Assembly (NCBI RefSeq): GCF_006345805.1
Contig: NC_043006.1
Coordinates: 29,760,001 to 29,824,000 of the forward strand
Source of the DNA: Octopus sinensis
Taxonomy: Eukaryota
Direction: 5' to 3'
Length of the DNA: 64,000 bases
In this document: piece by piece, positions 35,600 to 47,080 of the stretch
Layout: each line of letters opens with the position of its first letter
Position numbering within the stretch: position 1 is the first letter of the stretch
Translations under genes and position numbers: made by a program
Notes under the pieces: model-generated
What the model was told of the DNA's origin: nothing
What the model saw: the letters and a program-made list of their open reading frames with translations, nothing else
Database searches by the model: none

Positions 35600-36800
35600 A
35601 AATAATCACCGAAGTAAATACTCTGCAATCACAAAGAATGTCTTTCGTCGGCATTTTGAAGATCTCACTGATAATATTACAAAATGGCAGATTCGAATTG
35701 TTAGAAGATAAATCTAGTATTTCAGCTTAAAATTTTTAGGAATTGCTGTTATTTCATTAGAGCAAGAAATACAAAGAAGTTATAGACAGATTTCTTTGCT
35801 AAGTTATTTTAGAAGCTTATGATGCAAATGTGCAAATGATATCGTAAATGCTTTGAGAAAAGAGCTTTGTGAACTTGAAATTAAATATTAAATTAAGGGA
35901 TTGCCATTTAGTACGGACAATGCTATGTTGATCTGAAACATTGAAAGCAGAATGACCATCGTTGATTTCAAGTAGGTGTACTCACCATCCGTTGCAATTG
36001 GCAAAGTTTCATGCTTCAACAGGATCCCTTCCAAGAACCTAAGAAATTTTGGTTGCTAAAATATAAATGGTTTTCACATTGGTCATTATAGCAAACAGTT
36101 GTGTGAAACTATCTATGAACATAAAGCTCTGCTCAAACATTTTGAAAAGTTTTGCAAACAGGAGGTTTTCAATGATAATGGTAAAATCGTAAATACAGAG
36201 GTTGGAGCTAAATACTCATTTTGGGATTGTGAATTGAACTGAAAAATGTTCTACAACTGCAGCTAAGAAAGATTATAAAAATTTGTTGTTTATTTGGTTT
36301 TTGCATCCTGTACAAGCGAATAATCTCTTTGATCAACAATGTTGACAATACCTGACTGTTTATAGAATGTTCTAGCTTCAATAGGCCAAATATTAATACT
36401 GTGAGCCTTCTGAGTAGACCTTCTACCATCTGATACAGAAAGATATAGAAATCCGAAACTAAATCTTGGTCACGGGTTTGAAAAATTGCAGAACTTAATA
36501 CTCGAGAACCCTTTGCAGAATTTAAGGAATTTTAGATGGTCGTGGTCTCACGTGGTGAAACCATCTAATAACGACTCAGAAAGCTGGAATAGGAGATGTC
36601 ATTCGAAGAAAGAACAGTATACAATGAATATCCACAGAACCAAGCAGTAGCTTTTAAATGCCTTTTACTCCAGGTCACAAATATATACAAGTTGAATAAA
36701 TCACGAAAGTTATTTACAAGTGAAAGGCTATGTTCAGTTTCTGTGTATCCTACGACAGAGCTGCTCAATGTCTATTAGGTGTTACATGCCTTATGCAAGA
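35600..36800 (+). mobile_element. Probable hAT-superfamily transposase remnant
   Basis: Fragmented frames with FSTDNA and LTIRCNW (CxxH-like position), repeat-free coding-like composition; heavily degraded. Confidence 0.4.
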
Positions 36801-37260
36801 GTTATGGTCACATCCTCGCACGCTGCGTCGCGATGACAAAGAGGAAGCACTAAGTCCCGGAACCTCAGAGTTACATGCTTTGCCACTTAGTGGCCAGCTA
36901 TTTAGACAGCTACCGTCAGGAGAGGTAACTGCGCCTACAAATTGGTTGAAACAAGATTTTGTTGGTCTTTTTCCGACAGTTTAAGAAGAGAAAACTGGAG
37001 AACATAAATATTTAAAAACATGTCTTGTATTTCTGTTGAAGGCAAATTAAAGCAAGTAAAAAAGTTTATTAATCATATCTTAGAAATGTTATTTAATAGA
37101 GGAGGAAATGATGCCGCCGCTGCAATATAACAGCAGCCATTTCAATAAACGGACAAATGTAAAAAAAAATGCTGAACAGTTCTAGATAAGAGTAAGTGAA
37201 GATTAAGATACCTAAGAGATCAATTCCTTCAAAGAGTTATCTGGTTGTGGCATAAATTTA

Positions 37261-37374
<114 letters not shown>

Positions 37375-37661
37375 CTAACTCAAATACTGAAATTGAGTGT
37401 TTAATTCTATGAATATGGAATCAAGAAATAAGATGGAACTACTTTAGCTGAAAGCTATTCACTCCGTAAAGAATAATCTCAATCGCAACGAGTATCCATT
37501 GCCAACATCAGCAATAAATTGAATATGAAAATTCGTGTCTTCAGTTGGTAAACAGAATATTTTGGACCAATGAAGCAATATTTTCAAATTCCTCTTGAGC
37601 GGTCTTGGACCGACGACAACCTATATTCTAAATTACTATTATTGCTTCCAAGTTCTGGAAA

Positions 37662-38039
37662 TCTTCTTTATATATAAAAGTCAAGTTGTGTGTCTGTCTC
37701 CTACGATTTAGATTCCTAACTACTCCCACATTTTGCGGTGCAGTTTAACCAAAACAGGGTATCTTATAGTCGTGATTCATATCGAGCCCTTCTGGGTATT
37801 AGCGCGCGTCTACGATGAGTCTACGATTAAAAAAAAATTTACCATCATTTTTTTCCATTTTAATGCATTTTTTCGCTATTATATAAGGGAAGTAACTCTC
37901 TAAAAATGTCTTAGATGAGTAAACGATTTTTAAAAAAATTTACCATCGTTTTTTTCCCATTTTTTTGCTATAACTCTCTAAAAATGCTTATATAGTTATT
38001 TCCCTTACAAACCCGAGCAACGCCGGGCGATACTGCTAG
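37662..38039 (+). mobile_element. Non-autonomous Helitron
   Basis: A|TCTTCTTTATATATAAAA 5' end; hairpin CCCGAGC-AAC-GC-CGGG; CTAG|T 3' end. Confidence 0.8.
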
Positions 38040-38648
38040 TAAGAACTATAATAGTAACCTATTAGCGAGAAAATAAACCAATTACATAACAGGAGCAATC
38101 CTCCAGTCTGCTAACTAAATTTTTTTCTTTTTAAATGATGGGACGATCAGTTTCCAGACCAAAAATACAGAGCAATGGGACGCACTTCGAATCATATGTT
38201 CGTTACATATTCGTCAGAGTTTCTTTGGCGGCAAATATAGAATTACATTTTCTTTAATACAATTTTCGAGACAAGACATTATTGTAACCTCTAAATTATA
38301 TAAAAATTCTAATTGTTTTGTAATGAGTTCAGTGTACTTTTTACTGATTCAAAAACTACCAAAATTCTATTTCCTACATCAAACATTATTCTATAAAGTT
38401 ATGCTTGTTGTAATTTATATTGTTAAAGTTTATAAATCATTTAAAGATTTAAAATATTTAACAATTATCTACAATATTTATATTGTGTTTTTCAAATGAA
38501 AACTATAAAAGCCGAACCTATAAATGTAAATGGGATTCAATTTCGTTTTGTTTGAATTACATGTACCAACAAAATAATATCGCAAATTTAAAAAGCAAGT
38601 ACACATATTTACAAAAACATATCGATTTGTAATAATGCATTTTTGCTA

Positions 38649-38925
38649 AAGGTGGCGAGCTGGCAGAATGGTTAGATCGCTGGACAAAATGCCACTAAGC
38701 ATTTTGTCCGTCTTTACGATCTGGGTTCAACTACCACCGGGCTCGACTTTGCCTTTCATCCTTTCGGTGTTGATAAAGTTAAGCACTGAGGTCGATAAAG
38801 TTAAGCACTGAGGTCGATAAAGTTAAGCACTGAGGTCGATAAAGTTAAGCACTGAGGTCGATTTAATCGATTTAGTCCCTATCTCGAAATTGCTGGCTTC
38901 ATGCCAAAATTTGAAACCAATATAT
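38649..38925 (+). mobile_element. SINE family B with internal 4 x 22-bp tandem expansion
   Basis: GATAAAGTTAAGCACTGAGGTC x4 at 38772-38859. Confidence 0.85.
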
Positions 38926-38989
38926 ATTTGCTAAGTTAATTGTTTCACTTATAAGCCCAAAGCCTAAAGTTTTGGAGTCGGTGGCTAAT

Positions 38990-39125
38990 CGATAACATGG
39001 ACATCGATGACTACGAAATTATATAAGGCAAAGTCGATCACAGCGGAATTTGAAATCAGAACAACGTAAAGCCGGAAAGAAATGCCGCAAAGCGTTTTGT
39101 CCGGCATTTTAGCGATTCCAACACT
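38990..39125 (-). mobile_element. SINE family B, degenerate
   Basis: AAGGCAAAGTCGA..GCGGAATTTGAAATCAGAAC. Confidence 0.65.
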
Positions 39126-40394
39126 TGCTACCTTGATGCTAAAATATAAATTGTTTGAGTTACAACATTCCGTTTCTCGCATTTTTGTACATCTTATTTT
39201 TGGCAGATTCTGCACGTTTTGAATATTCTCATTCAGTAACACAGCTTCTTCTCAACTCAATAGAAATAGCATCTAAATTTCTTCAAATTACATCCTACTA
39301 TCTACAAAAAGAGAAGGAAGTTCTAGATTATCAAAAAAGACGCGATGGCACCAATTGGTGAGCCTTTGATCAAAAGTTTGTTCCTTTAACTCTGACATGG
39401 GGTTAAAATACTAACAACAACAACTGTAAGAAAGGGATTAAAACGTGTAGAATGCAGAAATATTCTGTTCCTGTCGTGCTCTGATACAAAAGACGTAATT
39501 TTATATTTGACGTGCATCAAATGTTTTATCGCAATTTTAGTGAATGAAATCTCTGCGGCAGAACATAAGAATCATACACGTGAGTGGTGTCACAATGCGT
39601 AAATCAAAAGTTTTATGGTAAGGGATTTACGTTTCACTCCTGGCATCTATTTTATAGATTCATCGGTGATAGAGGAACGGTAAAAGAGAGAACGTCTAAC
39701 GAAGTTGTCGCTTTTTGTTTTAACTACACAGTTTAATGTGTTGGAATATTATCTACACCATGTGAAGTTCTCTAAGAACGATTCTCCCAACAGATCAAAT
39801 TGCGTGCGTACGTGCGTGCGCGACTGTGTGCGAGCGTGCGTGCGTGCGTCTATAAGTGTGTGTGTGTGTCTGTGTGTGTATGTCTATGTATGCCTGTATG
39901 TGTGAGCCTATATGTTTGTGTATGTCTGTGTGTGTATGTGTGCACGTGTGCGTATGTGTGTGTGAGTGTGTATGTCATGTGTTTTTGTGCCTGTATGTGT
40001 ATGTGTGCATGAGCGTGTGCGTGTGTGTGCGCGTGGAAAAACGATGGAACAAATGAATTACAAGATCGAGAAAAAGCCGGATAACATTTCGCAATTTACA
40101 GTTGTAGAACTTGAAATACGAAATTAAACTCGCCGCAGGTTTCTATGTGAAAATTCCATTTTGTACATAGAATGGTCAAATGAGTTAGGTTTTTGTATTC
40201 GGTAAGAGGATTTCTCTAAAGGAATTTTAATTTTGGTTGGAAACTAAAAATAAGATAACAAATGGTGCGTTTTTTAATGGCTTAGAAGAGGAAGGATATT
40301 GCCCCTAAACCCCTTTTTAAGACGTACATAGTTTGCAGCAAGATGCTACCTTTAAAACAGAAGACTGGCCCCAATATTTCCAATAGAGTGGACC

Positions 40395-41460
40395 CTGCAA
40401 AAAGCAACCAAAGGATGTTGCTGCCCTAAGTGAAAGCAGGCTTGCAGACACTGGTGGATTACGGGAAGTTGGAAGTAGTTATACCTTTCTTTTTTCTTTT
40501 GTTTTTCTTTTGGAGCGGAGAGCCTGCAGATGAACCAAGAATTTCTGGTACTGTCATTAAAACGACACTACCTGGCAAATTGCCATCCGTCCCTCAAGCT
40601 GCTGATGAGCCTCTCATGACATTTCGTATCACGATAGGTAAATCCTCATCTATGCACATTATCATTGCATATGCACCTACCTTATCAGCGTGCGAACAGG
40701 AATACACCATCTACTCCAAACTGCAGACGGTATACCATGACATAAGGCGGCAAGCTGGCAGAACTGTTAGCACGCCGGGCGAAATGCGTAGCCGTATTTC
40801 GTCTGCCGTAACGTTCAGAGTTCAAATTCCGCCGAGGCCGACTTTGCCTTTCATCCTTTCGGGGTCGATAAATTAAGTACCAGTTACGCACTGGGGTCGA
40901 TATAATCGACTTAATCCGTTGTTTGTCCTCTCTGTGTTTAGCCCCTTGTGGGTAGTAAAGAAATAGGTATACCATGACAAAATCATATTGATGGGCGAAT
41001 TTAATGCCAGAATAAACAACAAACATACAGTGAGGTCAGGAGTAATGGGGAAAACATGGGACAGGAACAGTCAACGAAAGCAGATTGCGACTGCTGTTTT
41101 TTTTTTTTTTATCAACAGTTTAGTCTAACAATCACAAATACAGTGTTTCAGCAAGCAGACAAATACAAAAACAGCTGGTGGCATCTTCGATCTGGCCACT
41201 GGCACACGTTCGACTATGTTATAACTAAGAACAAGGATTGTAGCGATTTCAGAGTAACCAGAACTCACAAAACTCCCGAGTGCTACTCAGATCTCAGAAT
41301 GGTTCGCAGCAAAGTATTTAAACGGTATGCAAAGAAGCCACTGAGATCCAGTATACATCCGAGAATAAACATCGGTTCTTAAAAAAATCCAGAAACGACA
41401 AAAATATTCATGACAGCGTCAAATCATCTGCAGAAGTACTTCTTAGATTCGTGAAACGCA
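40395..41460 (+). mobile_element. RTE (BovB-like) LINE endonuclease region, interrupted by a SINE
   Basis: DVAALSESRL..YTF..WSG..IIIAYAPTL..[SINE]..KIILMGEFNARI..WWHLRSGHWHTFDYVI..DLRMVRS (APE motifs). Confidence 0.85.
40743..40966 (+). mobile_element. SINE family B with 13-bp TSD
   Basis: GTATACCATGACA at 40730-40742 and 40967-40979; removal restores QTVYHD-KIILMGEFNA frame. Confidence 0.95.
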
Positions 41461-41489
41461 AGCATCTTAATTGGTTCGACAAGACCAAT

Positions 41490-43078
41490 TCTCAATATAT
41501 ATAAAACTGAGAATGTGTGTCTGTCTGTCTGTGTGTTTCCCTAAAACTTGAGAACTAAACAACCAATTTCATTCAAATTTTACACATGCCTTACTTAGGG
41601 TCCGGGGAGTGTCATCGGCAAAAAAACTTTTAACTTTTTGCCTAGGGCGAGCCCACAGCAATATCATATCTTCTCCACTATTTCAGTATTACGTGTTAAA
41701 AGTGAAACAAAAACATTTCTCTATTTTATGTCAGATACTTTCACTTTAACAATAAAAATAATAACAATTAAATTATATGTAGTAAGTAATAATTAAAATC
41801 AAACTAAAGTATAATATAATCGTAACATAACAAAAGTAAAAATAGCAATTAGTATAAAATTGCATCAATGACTTGAACTTGAATAAGTGGTTTCACATGC
41901 ATGGGAATAAGTTAAAAATAAAATTAGCGTGCAGAAATGGAACAGTCCAGATGGAGCTGTGCACATACCGTTTACCACGGCTTTTACATTAGATTATCTG
42001 CTAATTAGCTAGCATTAAGTATCTCTATGAAGTTTGGCTGTATGTAATGTCTGTTTTCTCGAGCAGCCGCTTCTACTGAGTACTGCTGTTGGTTTATTTC
42101 TTATACATAAAGGACTATAGCTTCAACTGCGTACTGCTTTTTGATTCACCGTAAGGTTTGTTGCTATTAATATTACTGTTTAACTATTGTTATCACGTTT
42201 GTTGGTTCCTCGTAAGGGAAACGTTGTTGTGTTGCATTTGTTAAATAATTGTAAATTGTAACGCTCCCCCTTTGGGAGAAGGAGCTTTGGTTATTGTTTA
42301 AAAATTGAATTATGTCCCTGTTTGGGGAAATTGACAATATTTTCACCGTTTACACGGAAGCATTTTCGTTAGAATGCCTTAGATAGAAGAAAGTCAAAAA
42401 ATGAACTTCGCTGCAGCCGTCGGCGGGCGCGAACTCATTAAAATTAAAATGGAAGAAATACAAACCTATTTCGGATTGATCACCGACAAAGACGGTGAAT
42501 CTAGGATAACACCACCAAACGAAATAAAAAATTAAATTAAAGAAAAGACTATTGTCTATAAAGTATACAATGTAGAGAAAAAAAAGATTTGAACACCTGG
42601 AGGAAAGCACCATCGAAAAGTGTCTTGGGGCGACTATGAAAGATATCTATCCAGAGGCGGTAAATTCGCCACAATAGAAGCAAGGTTCGAGTCAACGGAG
42701 CGTGCAAGGGAGTACTCGACTCGAACCTTGCAAAGTGGAAATATTTTATTTTTACCTGGGGCGTAAGACGTCCCGGATAAAAATTTAAATGTCCCCCCAG
42801 AAGTAGAGGTAGGCTAGATTGTAGCGACACTTCTATACAAGAGGGAGGACAAGATACAACTGATCGAAATTGTAAGAGACGGGCCTACAATTCCAGTCTG
42901 TTATATATTTTGAGTATTGTTATCACTAGCGATATCAAGATATAACTTTGTATTTTGTATTTTATGTGTAGATGTATATATATATATATATAGATGTACA
43001 TGTAATATGTACACATATATATACACATATATACATGCACTAGCACTATGACCCGGCAACGACGGGTCATAATGCTAG
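41490..43078 (+). mobile_element. Probable Helitron (1.6 kb) with internal LINE-derived sequence
   Basis: TCTCAATATATATAAAA 5'-type end; hairpin ATGACCCG-GCAACGA-CGGGTCAT and CTAG|T at 43078 nearly identical to the 5460 terminus; whether both ends belong to one element is inferred. Confidence 0.55.
42330..42895 (+). mobile_element. LINE ORF1 (gag-like) 5' fragment
   Basis: MNFAAAVGGRELIKIKMEE.., TIEARFESTERAREYST.., NVPPEVEVG; stops and frameshifts; resemblance to ORF1 RRM regions only. Confidence 0.45.
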
Positions 43079-43176
<98 letters not shown>

Positions 43177-43307
43177 CATACATAGTCGCTATGAGGATAT
43201 TTAGACCTCTTATAGGGATATTTTTATTCAAGATACACTGGTTTAATATATTGCATTTTGAAGAGGTATTTCTTCAATGAATATATTATATAAAATATCA
43301 AATATCA

Positions 43308-43517
43308 AATATTATTATTGAGTTTGAAAACGGAGAGATCTAATGGATACAAATTAATTTATCAATTAATATCTTCTATAATTGTTTCATTTCTCAACCA
43401 AAATTAAGTTTTAATTTTGGTTGAGAAATGAAACAATTGTAGGTGAATATGTTAATTAATGAATAAATAAATTTGTATCCATTAGATCTCTCCGTTTTGA
43501 AACTTAATAATGATATT
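43308..43517. repeat. AT-rich palindromic element (~100-bp arms, 3-nt loop)
   Basis: AAAACGGAGAGATCTAATGGATACAAATT..TTTCTCAACCAAAATTAA-GTT-TTAATTTTGGTTGAGAAA..AATTTGTATCCATTAGATCTCTCCGTTTT. Confidence 0.85.
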
Positions 43518-44104
43518 ATATATATATACGCACACATAAATACACACACGTGTATGCGTTCTGCGTGTGCTGTGTATGTGCTCTCTGTGTTCGCGTGTGT
43601 ATGGATAGACGGACGGTCGTTGAACGATGAAGATTCAATTGTTTGATCAACTGAATTACTTGCTCCTGAATTAACGTAAAAGCTGTTGAGTATTCGACAG
43701 ATGCGAGTAACCTTAACGTAACTCTCGAGCAGAATCAACGTAACACAATGCGCAACAAGTCACATGACAGTACCTCTTTTTCAATTCGATGCACAATCCA
43801 CCTGAGGGTTTCCACAAAGTTCCCGCCAAACCAATTTCATTGACAGTTTACACATTACTATAGAAAATTATACTTGCCTAAGTTGTCACAGGGTGGAACT
43901 GAATTCGTGATATCACGGTTTCGAGAAGAACTTCTTAACCATTCTCCAATATTATGTTATGACAACTACATACATAAATACAAACAAACAAACATACATA
44001 CATACACACATACATATGTAGTCAGTTGACATCATTAGGCTGTAGCCGACATAATAAAATAGGAGCTTTTATATGCATATTCAAAACGTTTCCCGTAAAC
44101 GAAC

Positions 44105-44228
44105 TTAAAGGATATATATATATATATATATATAATATATATATATACATACATATATATATATACAAATATATATATACATATATATATGTATATATAT
44201 ATGTATATATATATGTGTGTATATATAT

Positions 44229-44279
<51 letters not shown>

Positions 44280-44304
44280 GCATGTATATGTATATATATA
44301 TGTA

Positions 44305-44350
<46 letters not shown>

Positions 44351-44438
44351 TAAATATATATATAGCTAGGCGTCCCAAACAGCAGTTATTACCAAAGAAC
44401 ACAAACTTCTTTTGTCAAACCAGAAAAATTGTCTCTCT

Positions 44439-44480
<42 letters not shown>
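44105..44480. repeat. (TA)n compound and (CT)n microsatellites
   Basis: Direct inspection. Confidence 0.9.
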
Positions 44481-44490
<10 letters not shown>

Positions 44491-45262
44491 ATCCTTCTCT
44501 CCACTCACACCCAATATTCATTTGATTTCTTGCCGTCCTTTTCTATTCCAAAACAACCACTTCTCTTTTCTCCCTACAAGCTCACACCACACCTAACCGA
44601 CACCACTCCACTCGCCCAATAAGCGCTCCACCATAAACACAAGATGTAAATTGTGAAAAAACCAAAATAAACCGAAACTTCGAAGTACTGTCAACCTTTT
44701 CTTTATAAAAATATGTAAATACGGTACTTCACTGAAAAGTATTGCGTGGTCTTTCAGTTTCATGTGCAACTGTTTTTATTTATAACTTTACATTTATATA
44801 TAACTTTGAAAACAAAAAACTATAAATATATATAGAGGGGGAGAGTGATAGACCAATTAAGTTTCATGCCTATATATTTGTATGTATCTACACACACACA
44901 CATATATACACACACACATATACACACACACATACACACATTTATATACATGTATGTATGTATGTATGTGTGTAATTTACAAGATAAGGGTATGAGTAAG
45001 TATTTCACTTATATCTCGCGTATTTGCCACTGAAGAGGGGAAAATTTCTTATTAATTAACCCCGAAATTGGACCAATACGGTAATAATTAATTTTTTAGA
45101 GATTTCTATCGGTTTGTTTCGAGACGCATAAATTATAATGGTTATTGAAAAGTTTTGTCTTTTTTTCGGCATATTTGAGATTAGAATTTTTCTTTTGCCC
45201 TTATCTTGTAAATTATTTATAAATTTAACCTTTAAAGGTATTTTTTGATATGCTGGCCATTG

Positions 45263-45264
<2 letters not shown>

Positions 45265-45295
<31 letters not shown>

Positions 45296-45327
45296 TGTAT
45301 GTATGTATGTATGTATGTATGTATGTA

Positions 45328-45384
<57 letters not shown>

Positions 45385-45460
45385 ATGTATGTATGTATGT
45401 ATGTATGTATGTATGTATGAATGTATGTTTGTATGTATGTATGTATGTATGTATGTATGC
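45265..45460. repeat. (TATG)n microsatellite
   Basis: Direct inspection. Confidence 0.95.
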
Positions 45461-45710
45461 ATGCTGGAGGTGTAAAATGTGTGGTTGTGTTATCCTTTCC
45501 AAGGCTGCGTATGTCAACCATCTGAAGTTCCGTGAAAGATCAATGGCGTGCAGTAGCCTTCCTCCTCAGCCGTGTGATTCGACGTTGTCGTGTGTGAAAG
45601 GACTTCGGTACTGAGAATTCATAGATGGAATGTCAGAAATGCCATTGTCAACGGGGAAGCTCAGACACGGTAGCCATCTGTGAGGATGGAGCAATCCACC
45701 AAGTATGCAT
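45460..45710 (+). mobile_element. Probable LINE 3' end with degenerate C2H2 finger
   Basis: CKMCGCVILSKAAYVNHLKF (C-x2-C-x12-H), typical of RTE/BovB C-termini; family inferred. Confidence 0.45.
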
Positions 45711-45719
45711 ATGTGTATC

Positions 45720-46265
45720 TCTTTTATTTCTCTTTTACTTGTTTCAGTCATTTGACAGCAGCCATGCTGGAGCACCGCCTTTAGTCGAGCAAATCGGGAT
45801 CTTTTCGGTTTGACCGGCAGTTTTTTAAAATAATTTCCACGTAACTAAACACTTTTAAACTTCGTATACTGGTAGAATGTGTTTATAAAACATCTTTCTC
45901 TCTTGGCTTTATTGAGAAAATTCTAAAGTTTGTAAGATATTTGTTGTTTTTTCTTCAATTTCTGCAATTTCAACCAATCAATTACGTCTATTGAGGTAAA
46001 AAACATTCTGTGCCGTATGAATATGTCCCTCGTTTAAGAAACAGATTGGGTTTATTTACATTTGTGAAGAAAAAAGATACCCTTCCCCCCACCCCTAACC
46101 CTAACCCTAAAACATTGAAATGCAATAGATCGATACTAGGGTCATAATTATGGGTGACAATTTCATATGACACCGCTAGAAAAAACTGCCGTTCAAACCG
46201 AAAAGATACCCAAATCAGCCCCAGGAATTATTCTTTGGAAGCCTAGTACTTATTCTATCGGTCAA
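45720..46265 (-). mobile_element. SINE family A 3' part, split by a MITE
   Basis: ..CCTTTAGTCGAGCAAATCG[MITE]CAAATCAGCCCCAGGAATTATTC.. Confidence 0.85.
45797..46210. mobile_element. MITE with GGATC termini and (CCCTAA)-like core
   Basis: GGATCTTTTCGGTTTGACCGGCAGTTTTTT versus AAAAAACTGCCGTTCAAACCGAAAAGATACC; flanks CAAATCG / CAAATCA; left arm similar to 61137. Confidence 0.8.
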
Positions 46266-46754
46266 TGCATATACGCATGTATGTATGTATGTATGTATGT
46301 ATGTATGTATGTATGTATGTATGTATGTATGTATGTACGTGCATGTGTGTGTCTGTTTGTCCGTTTGTATGTATGTATGTCTCTTAAATTTTTTTAATTA
46401 TTATACATCTTCCACTGAGGAGGGAAGCGGTTTCCAACAAAGATACAAGGTTCCATCTTTGTGATGTAGTTTACACGGAGAAATTCACTTTTGCAACTTG
46501 AGAAAAGTCTTGCATATTTTTACTGTTCCACTCACAGTTTATCCAGATTCTCCTTTAAACATTTTCAAACAAAACCTAGGACTCCAATTATTATTGGTAC
46601 GAATATGAAATCATTGTTTGGATATAGAAGCTGGTGGTTTCGAAGCAACTGTCCATAACTATCCTCTTCTTCTTGGACTTTCAAAGAGATATTTATATCT
46701 GGAGGACAGCTGACCTCTATGATGGTACATACCTTTGCCCCTCAGTCCCAAACA

Positions 46755-46900
46755 ACCGTATGTATGTATGTATGTATGTATGTATGTATGTATGTATGTA
46801 TGTATGTATGTATGTATGTATGTATGTATGTATGCTTGCATGTATGCATGCATGTATGTACGTATGTATGCATGCATGCATGCTTGTATGGCTATATGTA
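46755..46900. repeat. (TATG)n/(TGCA) microsatellite
   Basis: Direct inspection. Confidence 0.9.
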
Positions 46901-47048
46901 TATATGTATAGCAAGAGGGAGATAGGGAGAGACTAAATTGATTATTCCCAGGCAATTGATATTTTTCTTATTTACAGATCTTACCTTTCAATGATATTAT
47001 CGTGGATTGTTGTTGTTATCGTAGCTGCTGCTGTAGTTGCTGTTGTTT

Positions 47049-47080
<32 letters not shown>

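Noticed and set aside
38772-38859. CRISPR-like regular repeats (also 62840-63167)
   Set aside because: Head-to-tail units without unique spacers, no cas genes, eukaryotic context
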